Source: an uncultured cyanobacterium
GTDB lineage: Bacteria > Cyanobacteriota > Cyanobacteriia > Cyanobacteriales > CAWUOF01
Assembly: GCA_963744145.1 (NCBI GenBank)
Contig: CAVUSO010000001.1
Span: forward strand, 704,001 to 768,000
Reading direction: 5' to 3'
Length of the DNA stretch: 64,000 nt
Shown here: positions 10,725 through 22,454 of the stretch, one piece after another
Numbering within the stretch: the first letter of the stretch is position 1
Layout of the letters: the number at the start of each line of letters is the position of its first letter
Translations under genes and position numbers: made by a program
The notes under the pieces: generated by a model
Told to the model about the DNA's origin: nothing
Seen by the model: the letters and a program-made list of their open reading frames with translations, nothing else
Database searches by the model: none

Positions 10725-13700
10725 TTATACACCTTCCATTTGTTCATCTGTAAGTTCATATAACTGTTGCAATTTCCGCAATTTATCTTCATCAGGTTGC
10801 CAAAAACCCCGTCCATTTGCTTCTAACATCCGTCCCACAATATTCCGAAATGCTTCAGGATTTGCTGTTCGTAATTTTTGAGCTATATCTGAATCGAAAG
10901 CATAGGTATCAGCAGCTTGATCATATACCCATGTATCAGTAAAATTAGCAGTACCACCCCACCCAATTAATGCTGTCATCCGTTGGGATATTTCATAAGC
11001 ACCTCCACTACCTTGATTGACCATTGACTGAGCCCATTTTGGATTAAGGAGTTTCGTCCGATATTCGATTCTGAGTAAATCTTCTAAATTTCGAGGTGTA
11101 GTATCTTTAGAAAAGCTTTCCACAAAACTAGCTGTTACTTTTTTACCACTTTGTTTTTGAGCTGCTAGTTTTAATCCCCCAGTATTCCCATAGTATTCTT
11201 GAATATCTGTTAATCCATATTCGACGGAATCTATCTCTTGGACGATCCGATCGCATTGATTCAATAACTCATTCAAAACTTCTGGTCTAGCTTGACCTTG
11301 ATCTTCCCTCCCATAACTAAACACATTGCGATCGCTCCAAGTTTTCGCTAATTCATCCCCAGATTCCCAATTACTATCGACTACTCGATCATTTACTAAA
11401 GAGCCAAAATCACCAGCAGGATTAGAAAATAAACGAGCTGATGGATTACTTACTCCCTGCGATCGCAATTTTAAACTATGTTTCCGAATAAAATTTTGCT
11501 CTTCTGGTTCATCTACTTCAGCAGCACGTTGAAATAAATCATCAAGTAATTCAATCATATTGACAAAGCTATCTCGAAAAATCCCGGAAAGATTGGCTAA
11601 AATATCAATCCGAGGATGTCCAATTTCTGCTAAAGGTTTTAATTCATAACGCACAATTCGTCCTGTTCCTTCTTTAACAGGTTCTGCTCCGACCAATTCT
11701 AATAAAATCCCAATAGATTCTCCCTTAGTTTTAATTATATCTAAACCCCATAACATCACTGCTACTGTTTCCGGATATTTACCTTGTTCTTGAAGATGCT
11801 GATTAATAATCTTCTGACCAATTTCCTTTCCTCTTTCATAAGCACCAGGACTAGGAATTCGATAGGGATCTAAAGCATGAATATTTCTTCCTGTTGGTAA
11901 TACCCCGATTCCATCTCGTAACAAATCACCTCCTGGTGCTGGGGGAATATATTCTCCATTTAATCCTCGTAATAGATTGGTCAATTCATCGGTATTTTGG
12001 GCTAGTAAATTACGAATTTGTTGAGATAATTCTGGTTCTACTAGAGAATTATTATTACTAAAATAAGCATCTAAATAGGATTCCATTTCCTCTGCTGTCG
12101 GGATTTCTCCTAAAACGTGCAATCCTGATGAAAATAAACGTTGCTCTAAAATTTGCAAATATTCATATAATTTGACTAAATAAGTATCGAAAACCTGATT
12201 GCTAAATAGTCGCAAGTTTTCTACAGTAAAAGCAATACCTAATTTTTTAGCATCAGTAAATGGACAATCTGCATCTAATCCAGTATCTAAAATCTTTTTC
12301 GCGATCGCTTCTTTCAAAATATAATTTTTTTCCCGATCCTCCCGATATTCCCCAATCAAATCTCGTAAAGTTACTAATTCCTTATATAACCCAGCTCGAC
12401 TATAAGGTGGTACATTATGAGAAATAATTACTCCATAACCTCGACGTTTAGCTAAAATCGATTCCGAAGGATTATTAGCAGCATATATATACAAATTAGG
12501 CAAATTACCTAATAAAATATCTGACCAAGAATAACCCGTATTTCCTAAAGGAGATCCCGGTAACCATTCTACTGTACCGTGCATCCCAAAATGAACTATA
12601 GCATCAGCTTGAAAATCATGTTGGAGCCATTCATAAAATGCAGCATATTGAGGATGCGGTGTCAAGTCCCTCGCAAACATTAAACGCATTGGATCACCTG
12701 CAATTCCTAAAGGTGGTTGAACAGCAATCCAAATATTACCTAGTTGTATTCCACCTAGATTAAATTCATCAACATAAGTTTTAATCCCTGTTCCCGTCAG
12801 CGATTTCCATTGTTTTTCAATGCGGGTAGTTAGTAAATAACCTAGCCATTTTTCTAAGGTTTTTACATTCACCTTCGTACTTGAATGGTGATGATGATCT
12901 TCATCTGCTTCCTTTACCATCCGAATTAATTCTTCACCATCTTCAGGAATATTCCCGACAGTATAACCTTCAGCTTTCAGAGCATGGAGGAAATTTAATA
13001 GCGATCGCGGTACATTTAATAATGCTGCTGTACCCGTTGCTCCATATCCTGGTGGAAATCCATATAAAATTACGGCAATTTGGCGATCGCTTACTGGTTT
13101 TTGGTGTAATTTAATCCAATTCTTTAAACGTTCTACTAACCGCTTAACTCGCTCAGGAACTAAATAAATATCTTCTCCAACTAAACCACCTAAAGGAATT
13201 GTATCAATGGCACCATCTAATTCTGGTAAAGCATATAATACCACACTTTGTAATCCTCCGATTCCTTGTCTTGTCCAAGAATAAATATCCTGAATTAACA
13301 AAGGTGCTGCTACTAGATAAGGTACATTTTTAGCACTAAGAATTGTTTTAGCAACTTCAACTTGACGACCAGCTTCCATTGAACCAGCTGGACCACCAAC
13401 TAAAGGAAATCCAATCGTAGAGACGATCGCATCGACTGTAATTGCTTCTGGAGATAAAGAAGGAATTTTGACTTGATTTTGTTGTCTTTGTTGAATTTCA
13501 CTCCTAGTCGTCATCCAATCTCTTACAGCTACATGACCTTCCACCCCATTAATAAATATCGGTACAGGAATTAATCCTCCTTTTTCAAAATCAGAAATCA
13601 ATTGGGAAATATAAGGTTGTTTGGTAATAACGTGCTTACGGTATAGTAAAATGCCGACAACGGGCAAATGTTTCAGATGACTTTTTTTCTCTTGATACCA

Positions 13701-14363
13701 TTCCCAATAGTCCCGAGGTGAGGTAAAATATCCTTGATAATCAGGATGTAATAATCCCAAATTAGGAGTTTCAATCGGTGCAGGAATATCGCCAATTTTC
13801 AGACCTAAATATTTTTCCGCAATGATCCAAAACATCGCAGCAATATTATCCACTCCCCCAGCATTCCAATAACCATAAATAATTAACCAATTCCGCAGGT
13901 CTTGTACCTTTTCTCCGGGAATAAATTTTAATAATTTCGGTCCGATTTTTAAAAAACTAATATAACCAGCTAATTTATCTTCTTCCCTCCCATTGCTAAA
14001 CTTATCTAAAATAAATTTAACTGGTTTGGGCATTCCTTTCGGGCGATCGCCAATTTTAAATTTCCCAATTTGAGTCAGACTAATTAATTCTAAGGCTGAT
14101 TCAAAAACTAACCGAATTGGGATTGCCGAAACGCGATCGCGCAACCACAGAATCTGATCATAATCAAATAGTAAACTCCCAAAAAAAACCTCCGCACCAA
14201 CTAGTGCGGTTTCCACGCTGGCTCGTTTGCTACTCAGATCGCGATCGCTAAATACCCGAATATCTAACTCTGGACAACGGCAAGTAGCCAACTGAGCAGC
14301 TTGGCGGTATAATTCAGCATTAAAAGATTCAAACCCAGCCATCAAAACAATTCGCTTCATCAT
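10725..14363 (-). CDS. chlH: Magnesium chelatase H subunit family protein (shorter ChlH/BchH paralog)
   Basis: STIGFPLVGGPA, ALPELDG, HFGMHGTVEWLPG, YAANNPSE, LPTGRNIHALDP, RTKLLNPKW; 1212 aa. Confidence 0.9.
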   Translation of the reverse strand: MMKRIVLMAGFESFNAELYRQAAQLATCRCPELDIRVFSDRDLSSKRASVETALVGAEVFFGSLLFDYDQILWLRDRVSAIPIRLVFESALELISLTQIGKFKIGDRPKGMPKPVKFILDKFSNGREEDKLAGYISFLKIGPKLLKFIPGEKVQDLRNWLIIYGYWNAGGVDNIAAMFWIIAEKYLGLKIGDIPAPIETPNLGLLHPDYQGYFTSPRDYWEWYQEKKSHLKHLPVVGILLYRKHVITKQPYISQLISDFEKGGLIPVPIFINGVEGHVAVRDWMTTRSEIQQRQQNQVKIPSLSPEAITVDAIVSTIGFPLVGGPAGSMEAGRQVEVAKTILSAKNVPYLVAAPLLIQDIYSWTRQGIGGLQSVVLYALPELDGAIDTIPLGGLVGEDIYLVPERVKRLVERLKNWIKLHQKPVSDRQIAVILYGFPPGYGATGTAALLNVPRSLLNFLHALKAEGYTVGNIPEDGEELIRMVKEADEDHHHHSSTKVNVKTLEKWLGYLLTTRIEKQWKSLTGTGIKTYVDEFNLGGIQLGNIWIAVQPPLGIAGDPMRLMFARDLTPHPQYAAFYEWLQHDFQADAIVHFGMHGTVEWLPGSPLGNTGYSWSDILLGNLPNLYIYAANNPSESILAKRRGYGVIISHNVPPYSRAGLYKELVTLRDLIGEYREDREKNYILKEAIAKKILDTGLDADCPFTDAKKLGIAFTVENLRLFSNQVFDTYLVKLYEYLQILEQRLFSSGLHVLGEIPTAEEMESYLDAYFSNNNSLVEPELSQQIRNLLAQNTDELTNLLRGLNGEYIPPAPGGDLLRDGIGVLPTGRNIHALDPYRIPSPGAYERGKEIGQKIINQHLQEQGKYPETVAVMLWGLDIIKTKGESIGILLELVGAEPVKEGTGRIVRYELKPLAEIGHPRIDILANLSGIFRDSFVNMIELLDDLFQRAAEVDEPEEQNFIRKHSLKLRSQGVSNPSARLFSNPAGDFGSLVNDRVVDSNWESGDELAKTWSDRNVFSYGREDQGQARPEVLNELLNQCDRIVQEIDSVEYGLTDIQEYYGNTGGLKLAAQKQSGKKVTASFVESFSKDTTPRNLEDLLRIEYRTKLLNPKWAQSMVNQGSGGAYEISQRMTALIGWGGTANFTDTWVYDQAADTYAFDSDIAQKLRTANPEAFRNIVGRMLEANGRGFWQPDEDKLRKLQQLYELTDEQMEGV

Positions 14364-14435
14364 TTAACCAAGACAAAAAGATATATGATCAAATTACCGT
14401 AGCTTGTCTACTGGATATCGTTTAATTAAATAATC

Positions 14436-14771
14436 ATGGCCGAAATTCAGTTTATTAAGGGAATGACCGAAGAAGTAGTACCAAATGTTCGCCTGACCCG
14501 TTCACGGGATGGTAGTAATGGGACTGCTACGTTTGAGTTTCAACAACCAAAGGCACTCAGTAATGAAGTTAAGCAAGATATTACTGGAATGTATCTCATT
14601 GATGAAGAAGGGGAGCTGACAACTAGAGAAGTCAACGCCAAATTTGTCAATGGTAAACCAGAAGCGATCGAAGCTATTTACCTGATTAAATCTCCGGAAG
14701 AGTGGGACAGGTTTATGCGCTTCATGAATCGGTATGCTCAGGAGAATGGTCTAGGATTTAATCAGGCATAA
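14436..14771 (+). CDS. psb28: Photosystem II assembly protein Psb28
   Basis: [43 protein letters not shown]. Confidence 0.96.
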   Translation: MAEIQFIKGMTEEVVPNVRLTRSRDGSNGTATFEFQQPKALSNEVKQDITGMYLIDEEGELTTREVNAKFVNGKPEAIEAIYLIKSPEEWDRFMRFMNRYAQENGLGFNQA

Positions 14772-14804
14772 TTTATTAGCTAGTCTGTACTATGCTAAAC
14801 CTCT

Positions 14805-15317
14805 ATGGTGTACTTTCCTCATCCTGATGCTTCAGTTATGACAGTGAATTGTGCTGTCATAACTGTTAGTGATACCCGTTCCCTCGAAACCGATCGAAGT
14901 GGTCAACTGATTCAACAGTTACTGCTAAATTCAGGTCACTACGTGGGAGCGTATGCTATCATTAAAGATGATCTAGCCCAAATCCAGACCCAGTTAGAGA
15001 TCCTGTGTCAAAATTCGGATCTGGGTGCTGTGATTTTTAATGGAGGAACTGGGATTGCCCCGAGAGATACTACTTATGAAGCGATCGCTGCTTTGCTAGA
15101 AAAAACCTTACCTGGATTTGGGGAAATCTTTAGATTTTTAAGCTATCAAGAAATTGGTTCACGAGCGATCGCATCTCGCGCGATCGCGGGGATTTATCAA
15201 TCTAAATTAATTTTCTCTCTGCCCGGATCTACCGGTGCAGTTAAACTGGCATTAGAAAAATTGATCTTACCGGAAATAGTGCATTTAATTAGCCAACTGC
15301 GGACGACATCGACTTAA
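14805..15317 (+). CDS. moaB: MoaB/MogA molybdenum cofactor biosynthesis protein
   Basis: VITVSD, GGTGIAPRDTT, LPGFGE, SRA, LPGS. Confidence 0.92.
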   Translation: MVYFPHPDASVMTVNCAVITVSDTRSLETDRSGQLIQQLLLNSGHYVGAYAIIKDDLAQIQTQLEILCQNSDLGAVIFNGGTGIAPRDTTYEAIAALLEKTLPGFGEIFRFLSYQEIGSRAIASRAIAGIYQSKLIFSLPGSTGAVKLALEKLILPEIVHLISQLRTTST

Positions 15318-15323
15318 AAACAA

Positions 15324-15360
15324 GTTCATGGTTCATTAGCAGCAATAACGAACCATAAAC
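15324..15360. terminator. Hairpin between convergent genes, possible terminator
   Basis: GTTcATGGTTC...GAACCATaAAC inverted repeat. Confidence 0.4.
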
Positions 15361-15375
15361 AAACTAGACCAAAGA

Positions 15376-16671
15376 TCAGTTGGTCCCTAAGGAATGAGTA
15401 GGATTTTCGGATTTGAGGGTAGCGATCGCCTGAGCATACTGGGGATCTTGCAGAGTGGCAATCAACTTTGGATTTGCTGCTAATATTTGCTGTTGCTCCT
15501 CAGTCAAACCTACCTCGACATCGGGAGTAATTCCTTTGTGGCTAATATCAGTGCCATTGGGAGTATAGTAATGAGCGATCGTCACTGACACTCCAGAGCC
15601 ATCAGAGAGAGGATGAACTGATTGGACTAAAGCTTTGCCAAAAGTTTTCGTCCCAATAATTTTAGCACGTCCATTATCTTTCATCGCGCCTGCTAAAATT
15701 TCACTAGCGCTAGCAGAGTGAGCATCAACCAGAATTGCTAAAGGTAGATTGGTAATTGAGGTGCGATTCGCAGTGAGATCCTCTTTGTTCCCTTGACGAT
15801 CGATAGTACGGACAATTGAACCTGTATCAATCCACATCCGGGCAATTTCAATACTTGCTTGTAATAGTCCACCAGGATTACCCCGTAGATCTAATACATA
15901 ACCAGCTACATTCTGGTCACCCAGATCCTTGATTGCACGACGCATTTGATCCGCAGCATGGGAACTAAACTCTCGTAAATAGATATAGCCAATGCGTTGA
16001 TTACCTTCTTGTTTGAGCGAAGCAGTCACGGTTTCTAGTTCAATCCGTTCACGCTTCAAGGTTTGATCAAAATCATTACTATGATCACGACCAATCCGCA
16101 GAGTCACATTTGTGCCTAATGGACCACGGATTAATTGAGCCGCAGCTTCTACACTTAAACCGGTCGTGGACTTACCATCGATCGCCAAAATTCGATCTCC
16201 TTTTTTAATTCCAGCTTTAATAGCAGGAGAATTATCAATTGGTCTGACGACGGTCAGCATCTGAGTTTTTTCATCTAATTCTAATTGCAGCCCAACTCCA
16301 GAAAGTTCTCCGGAGGTTTGGTTAGTTAAGGATTCATACTGTTTCGGATCAAGAAAACGAGTGTAGGGGTCTCCTAATTGCTTCAGTGCGGCTCGCAATG
16401 CGTCATAAGCTTGCTCTCGTGAAGCATAATTCTTATCTAACAGACTAGTTCTGGTAGTTCGCCAATCAACGTGATTGAATGTGCCATCTACATATTCACG
16501 GTTAACTATTTGCCATGCTTCATCCAAAACTGTTTTCGGACTATCCTGTAGGGCAGCACGAACTGAACTGGTATACAGTGGACCTAATACCGTTAGGGTA
16601 GCAGTAGTAGCGATTGCACCGCCAAGGAAGGCAACTTGAAGTGGACTAAAGCGTTTTGGGGATCGGTTCAT
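15376..16671 (-). CDS. ctpB: S41 carboxyl-terminal processing protease (PDZ + peptidase)
   Basis: LGDPYTRF, GVGLQL, LDLRGNPGGLL, SASASEILAGA, TFGKALVQ; N-terminal signal region. Confidence 0.9.
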   Translation of the reverse strand: MNRSPKRFSPLQVAFLGGAIATTATLTVLGPLYTSSVRAALQDSPKTVLDEAWQIVNREYVDGTFNHVDWRTTRTSLLDKNYASREQAYDALRAALKQLGDPYTRFLDPKQYESLTNQTSGELSGVGLQLELDEKTQMLTVVRPIDNSPAIKAGIKKGDRILAIDGKSTTGLSVEAAAQLIRGPLGTNVTLRIGRDHSNDFDQTLKRERIELETVTASLKQEGNQRIGYIYLREFSSHAADQMRRAIKDLGDQNVAGYVLDLRGNPGGLLQASIEIARMWIDTGSIVRTIDRQGNKEDLTANRTSITNLPLAILVDAHSASASEILAGAMKDNGRAKIIGTKTFGKALVQSVHPLSDGSGVSVTIAHYYTPNGTDISHKGITPDVEVGLTEEQQQILAANPKLIATLQDPQYAQAIATLKSENPTHSLGTN

Positions 16672-17131
16672 TGATGGTTGGCAAGTGAGGTTGATATCGA
16701 CAGTTGAATCTTTAATTGATACTTTAGTAAGTTAAAAACTGAACCAATGCACCCACTCTAAATTCCGTTCAGGAACTGGGTATTTAATCAGTTTTTTTTA
16801 ACAATTGCAGAATGCCCCTTGATGATTCGGACTCCTAATCGGGTCATATTTACTTCCAAGCAACTGATTTTAATTTAGCTGGCCAACTTATGGGCTTGTC
16901 TAAACTATGTGACAGTTACCTCCCCGTCCTTAACTAGAAGAGCCAGAGGCATAGATTGGGTTGAGCAAAATGACTGACTAGCGAGTGCTTGTAAGATTAC
17001 TACTTGTTAGTCTAACCAAATTCCATTAAATTAGCTCAGTAAGGAGAGAAAAATTCATTAAAAATTTATCCTAGCTTAATTAGGCTATAATTCAATTAAA
17101 GATTCTGGACAGCTATTTGTAAGGATTTTGT

Positions 17132-17932
17132 GTGATTACCCTGACATCTCCTGCTGTAATATTACCAAAAAAGTCATTGGGTTTGCTAGCAAATTTGGGC
17201 ATTGCCATTCTAGCTTTGACGGGAGTGATCACGATGCAATGGACTAAATTACAGCAAAAATCATTATCCAATCTCACTCCCCAACAAGCTGAACAACAAG
17301 AATCCATCCGTCTTAGATTACTCAGTCGCTCTCCTAGCTTGGGTTTTGGTAATTTAATTGCGGATTGGACATTTTTGGGTTTTGTCCAATATTTTGGGGA
17401 TAATGATGCCAGAAAGCAAACGGGCTATTATTTGAGTGTTGACTACTTTGACCTAGTAACTAAATTAGATCCTCATTTTATTGAAGTTTACCCTGTTTTT
17501 TCCACAGCTGTTTCCTTTTATTTGGGTAAACCAGAAACAACAATCAAGTTTATTGATCGCAGTTTAGTTGTTTCATCCCGATTAATTCCCAAATCCTATG
17601 TATTGTGGGTATACAAGGGTCTAGATCAATTATTATTGTTAGGTGATATTCCTGGGGCAATTAAATCCTATGAAATGGCAGCTAAATGGTTACAAGGAAC
17701 ACCAGATGAAAACCTAGCCAAATATTTTCAACTATCCGCAAACTTTCTGAAAAAAAATCCTCATAGTATATCTGTGCGGTTTTTAGCATGGAATGAGATT
17801 TACCAGCAAGCTATAGATCAAAAAACCAAAGAACGGGCTAAACAAGAAATGCTGAAGTTGGGTGCTCAAATTGAAATGACTCAAGATGGAGAAATTCGCT
17901 TTGTTCTACCACCAGCACTCATGGAAAAATAG
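17132..17932 (+). CDS. Hypothetical membrane-anchored helical (TPR-like) protein
   Basis: 266-codon ORF with an N-terminal hydrophobic helix and helical repeats; function not recognised. Confidence 0.6.
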   Translation: MITLTSPAVILPKKSLGLLANLGIAILALTGVITMQWTKLQQKSLSNLTPQQAEQQESIRLRLLSRSPSLGFGNLIADWTFLGFVQYFGDNDARKQTGYYLSVDYFDLVTKLDPHFIEVYPVFSTAVSFYLGKPETTIKFIDRSLVVSSRLIPKSYVLWVYKGLDQLLLLGDIPGAIKSYEMAAKWLQGTPDENLAKYFQLSANFLKKNPHSISVRFLAWNEIYQQAIDQKTKERAKQEMLKLGAQIEMTQDGEIRFVLPPALMEK

Positions 17933-18008
17933 TTGGCTCGACGACCTGGAAGTAAAGACTAGATTTGATCGCGCTTTACTCCCAGAATAGAAAGAATCAG
18001 CCAAGATC

Positions 18009-19004
<996 letters not shown>

Positions 19005-19075
19005 TTTAGTTGTTGATATTGTACCATAACTGAGACAATAATATTCCCATATACCCTGGTTTTTTCAGAATATTT

Positions 19076-21460
19076 TTAAAATGGTAAATCAGCCAAAGTT
19101 GATAAATTTTCATTAAAAGTTGTGCGAGTAGCGATCGCTTGAATTGTCTCTAGATCAACTTGATAAAAATATTGTCGTCGAAATTGTTCTTCAATAATTG
19201 CCAAGGAAAATTGTTTTTCTAGTTCAGCCAAATCAGAATTTTGCTCAGAATTATTTTTAGTCAAATTCACTTGAAATCTAAATCTTCGGTCTTGAAAACT
19301 AATGTGAAAACCTAAAGATTTTAAAATTTGAAAACCTAATTCTAGGGTGCGATCGCTAATTCCGAGTTTTTGGAGTAATTGATAACGAGTTGCTTTTGTT
19401 CCAGTGCGACTCAGATATTTAGCAAGTCCAACTAACTGTTTACCAATTTCTGATGGAGGTACTAATTTAGGTGGTGCAAAAGCGATCGCAATTTTCTTTT
19501 GTTGATGAATTGCTTGACGAAACCATACTTGTAATTCATCCCAACTAGTAGGACATTCTTCAATAATTATCAAGTCATCTGGAAAATTTTTCTCAACTTC
19601 TGTCATAGTTCTTCCATCGATAATCCAATCTAATTGCGGAGAACTTCCCACTGATGTTAGAGAACATTGTCTGACCGTAATTAAACGTACTTCATGGCGA
19701 TTTTTATAAGTATTATAGTCAAGCTCAACAATAGCATCACAACGACCTGAAGGAATTTCATCTTTGTAATGTCCCCACCAAAGTCCAGGAAAACCTTTAT
19801 TAGTAGAATCATCCCGAATCATAAAATCACTTTTAATATAGTCAACTTTTTTACCAGTTAAATCCTGATCTTTCTGGTGCCAGCATTTTTCAAACCAGCA
19901 ATTTTGCAGTAAAATCTTGGGGACAGGATTACCCATTCCGCAAGGTTCGAGTAATTTTAACTCTCGAAATAAATCTTGTCCTAATTCTTGCACAGTACAA
20001 ACTAAATCAGCTTTGACAATCATTGCTAAATTAACACTATCCATTCCTATTTGTTGGCGCAATTGTCGATTTAATGCTTCCGTAAATAGGTTAATATTTT
20101 CCACGGGTAAACTTAACCCAGCCGCAAAGGGATGTCCACCAAAACGATGTAATAAATGAGCTTGGGTTTTAACTAATTGATATAGATCAATTTGACTAAC
20201 TGATCGAGCCGAACCTCGGGCTAATAATTGTCCTGATTCGGAAGCAGTATTTTCAATACTTAATAAAATGGTCGGACGACCGTATTCTTGAGCAATTTGA
20301 CCCGCAACTAAGCCTAAAACACCAACGGACCACTCAATTTCTTGAAGCACAATTACACTGGTAGTCGATAAGTCTAATTGTTTTAATTGAGCTAATGCTT
20401 GTTGAGCGACATCTTTTTGTAATGATTTGCGACGAGTATTAGCTAATTCGGTTTCTAATGCTAATTTTTCAGCCAGTTGGAGATGAGGACTGGTGAGTAA
20501 TTCCACACAAAAAGCAGCATTACCATAAATCCGACTCACTGCGTTAATTCGTGGACCAATTCCAAAGGAAATATCCGTCGGGCGATCGCCATTTCTCCGG
20601 GCTAATTCTAATAACTTTCCTACTCCTGGACGTTGTCGCATCGTTGGTAATTTTTTAAAATCTTCCTGTAATTTAGCAATTCCTTTTTGGGCTAAATACC
20701 GACAATCACCAGTAAGTTTAACTAAATCTGCAATTAAACCGATCGCCACTAAATCTAATAAATTTTCTACCGATTCCTGGGGAATATCTGGCATGATTTC
20801 ATAAAGAGCTTCTACTAATTTATAGGCGACCGCAACACCAGCAAGATGATATAGTTGATGATCAGTAGGTAAATAGCGAGGGTTAATAATTGCTACCACC
20901 GATGGACGCTGATCTGGTAAGGTATGATGATCAGTAACAATAATGTCTATTCCTAACCGATGAGCATATTCAATTTCACTCAAACTGGTACTACCAGTAT
21001 CACAAGTAACGATTAAACTACAACCTTGTTTAACTAAATTGTCTATTCCGGAATTATTAAGACCGTGAGATTCAGTGATCCGATTAGGAATATAATAGAT
21101 TAACTGAGTATTTTGGTGAAAAAACTGTCCTAATCCATCCCAAAGCACTGATGTCGCAGTCACCCCATCCGCATCAAAATCTCCCCAAATTGCAACTTTT
21201 TCACCAATTTCATAAGCTGTTTGTAAGCGTTTTACAGCCCATTCCATTTCTTGTCCAAACGCAAAGGGACTAGCGGGTTGATATAATTCGGAATTTAAAA
21301 ATCCTTCTAGTTGTTGTCGATCTTGAATTCCCCGTTGAGCTAATAGTTGGGCTGCATAATGTCCGGGTAAATCAGGTGCATAGTGGTTAATTACTTCGAG
21401 AAACCACTCAGGTAGATCGATTTTTGACTCTATTTGCCATTTTTGGGCGATTTCAGACAT
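19076..21460 (-). CDS. recJ: Single-stranded DNA exonuclease RecJ (DHH family, long C-terminus)
   Basis: GDFDADG, TCDTG, TDHH, IADL, PRINA, RGSARS, GGH..AAG, LEPCGMGNP. Confidence 0.93.
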   Translation of the reverse strand: MSEIAQKWQIESKIDLPEWFLEVINHYAPDLPGHYAAQLLAQRGIQDRQQLEGFLNSELYQPASPFAFGQEMEWAVKRLQTAYEIGEKVAIWGDFDADGVTATSVLWDGLGQFFHQNTQLIYYIPNRITESHGLNNSGIDNLVKQGCSLIVTCDTGSTSLSEIEYAHRLGIDIIVTDHHTLPDQRPSVVAIINPRYLPTDHQLYHLAGVAVAYKLVEALYEIMPDIPQESVENLLDLVAIGLIADLVKLTGDCRYLAQKGIAKLQEDFKKLPTMRQRPGVGKLLELARRNGDRPTDISFGIGPRINAVSRIYGNAAFCVELLTSPHLQLAEKLALETELANTRRKSLQKDVAQQALAQLKQLDLSTTSVIVLQEIEWSVGVLGLVAGQIAQEYGRPTILLSIENTASESGQLLARGSARSVSQIDLYQLVKTQAHLLHRFGGHPFAAGLSLPVENINLFTEALNRQLRQQIGMDSVNLAMIVKADLVCTVQELGQDLFRELKLLEPCGMGNPVPKILLQNCWFEKCWHQKDQDLTGKKVDYIKSDFMIRDDSTNKGFPGLWWGHYKDEIPSGRCDAIVELDYNTYKNRHEVRLITVRQCSLTSVGSSPQLDWIIDGRTMTEVEKNFPDDLIIIEECPTSWDELQVWFRQAIHQQKKIAIAFAPPKLVPPSEIGKQLVGLAKYLSRTGTKATRYQLLQKLGISDRTLELGFQILKSLGFHISFQDRRFRFQVNLTKNNSEQNSDLAELEKQFSLAIIEEQFRRQYFYQVDLETIQAIATRTTFNENLSTLADLPF

Positions 21461-21542
21461 TTTTGGTTTTTTCTTGATCTTGACAAATTGCTTGGATTAT
21501 GATTATACAGCGGATTTTATATTGATGAAGTACAGGAAAATT

Positions 21543-21566
21543 GTGGGACAGGCATCTTGCCTGTCC
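21543..21566. repeat. Short REP-like palindrome
   Basis: GGACAGGCA-TCT-TGCCTGTCC perfect hairpin. Confidence 0.6.
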
Positions 21567-21595
21567 GATCAATTCATCAGTTAAAGTTGATTGTG

Positions 21596-21898
21596 ATTGA
21601 TCTGTGTTGGTTGGGCGGGTTTTTGATGGTGATCGATTTGATGCAAAATTAATTGGTGAACCCGCCCCTACAAATCCTGGTTAATTGTGATCATAAATTC
21701 ATCGACCATCGATTTTGATGATCTAATTTAATCTTGATTGTCTGGGTTTAGTTACCGCCCAACCGAGCAGATTTGATGAATCTGACGAGCAGAAAATCTG
21801 TTTAAGCATCGGCAATTAGATCCCTCGTAGGGGCGGGTTCACCGATGAATTTGCCACACACAAATAACCTTGATGAACCCGCCCAACCCCACAGATCA
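21596..21898. repeat. Inverted pair of ~75-bp GTAG-type REP-like elements
   Basis: 21596-21672 (gatctgtg..ggttgggcgggtt...ggtgaacccgcccctac) and its reverse complement at ~21828-21898 (gtaggggcgggttcacc...aacccgcccaaccccacagatc). Confidence 0.75.
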
Positions 21899-21961
21899 CC
21901 TGAATGAACCCTTGTGTCGGCGATCGATGCAGAGGGCACAAAGGTATAGAAGTAATAAATG

Positions 21962-21991
21962 TTGACATCTTATAGAAAAAGTGCGTATAAT
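21962..21991 (+). promoter_or_regulatory. Consensus sigma70-type promoter upstream of rnc
   Basis: TTGACA (21962-21967), 18-nt spacer, TATAAT (21986-21991). Confidence 0.65.
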
Positions 21992-22454
21992 ATCGTATGC
22001 AGGAAAAACTAGCTTAAAACCTATGCGTTTTGGTTGTTGTGTCAGACAGAAGATTTTTCAATCTATCGAAAAGTTTCATGTTTACCTTCTGACTGGAATT
22101 TGCCCCTTGTGAATTTCTCGGTCATTTGGTTCTCAAGAAGCTTCTTGGGAGATTATCAAATCTTCTCCTTGACACTGATCCCAAAAGGGCTTTACCAAGT
22201 GTGTTACGGGAAAAGTAAAAATTTACTACAATGACGAATCGGAAAATCAAGTTTCACGAAAAAATGCTTTAATTAGTCCTGCTTTGCAGTGGATTAATGT
22301 TCCCTGTCCTCTAAAAAATAGTGCTGACAATCGATTATATCTTTTTTGATAAAATTCTCAGATTTTATTGCTCCTGCGGTTTGCCCATACGTTAAACCAA
22401 CAATAATAGTTGGAAAATATCCATTCAATTAATCAAACAATCGGAAAACCAGAA

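Noticed and set aside
22034..22234. 66-aa ORF upstream of rnc
   Set aside because: TTG start, no RBS and no recognisable motif.
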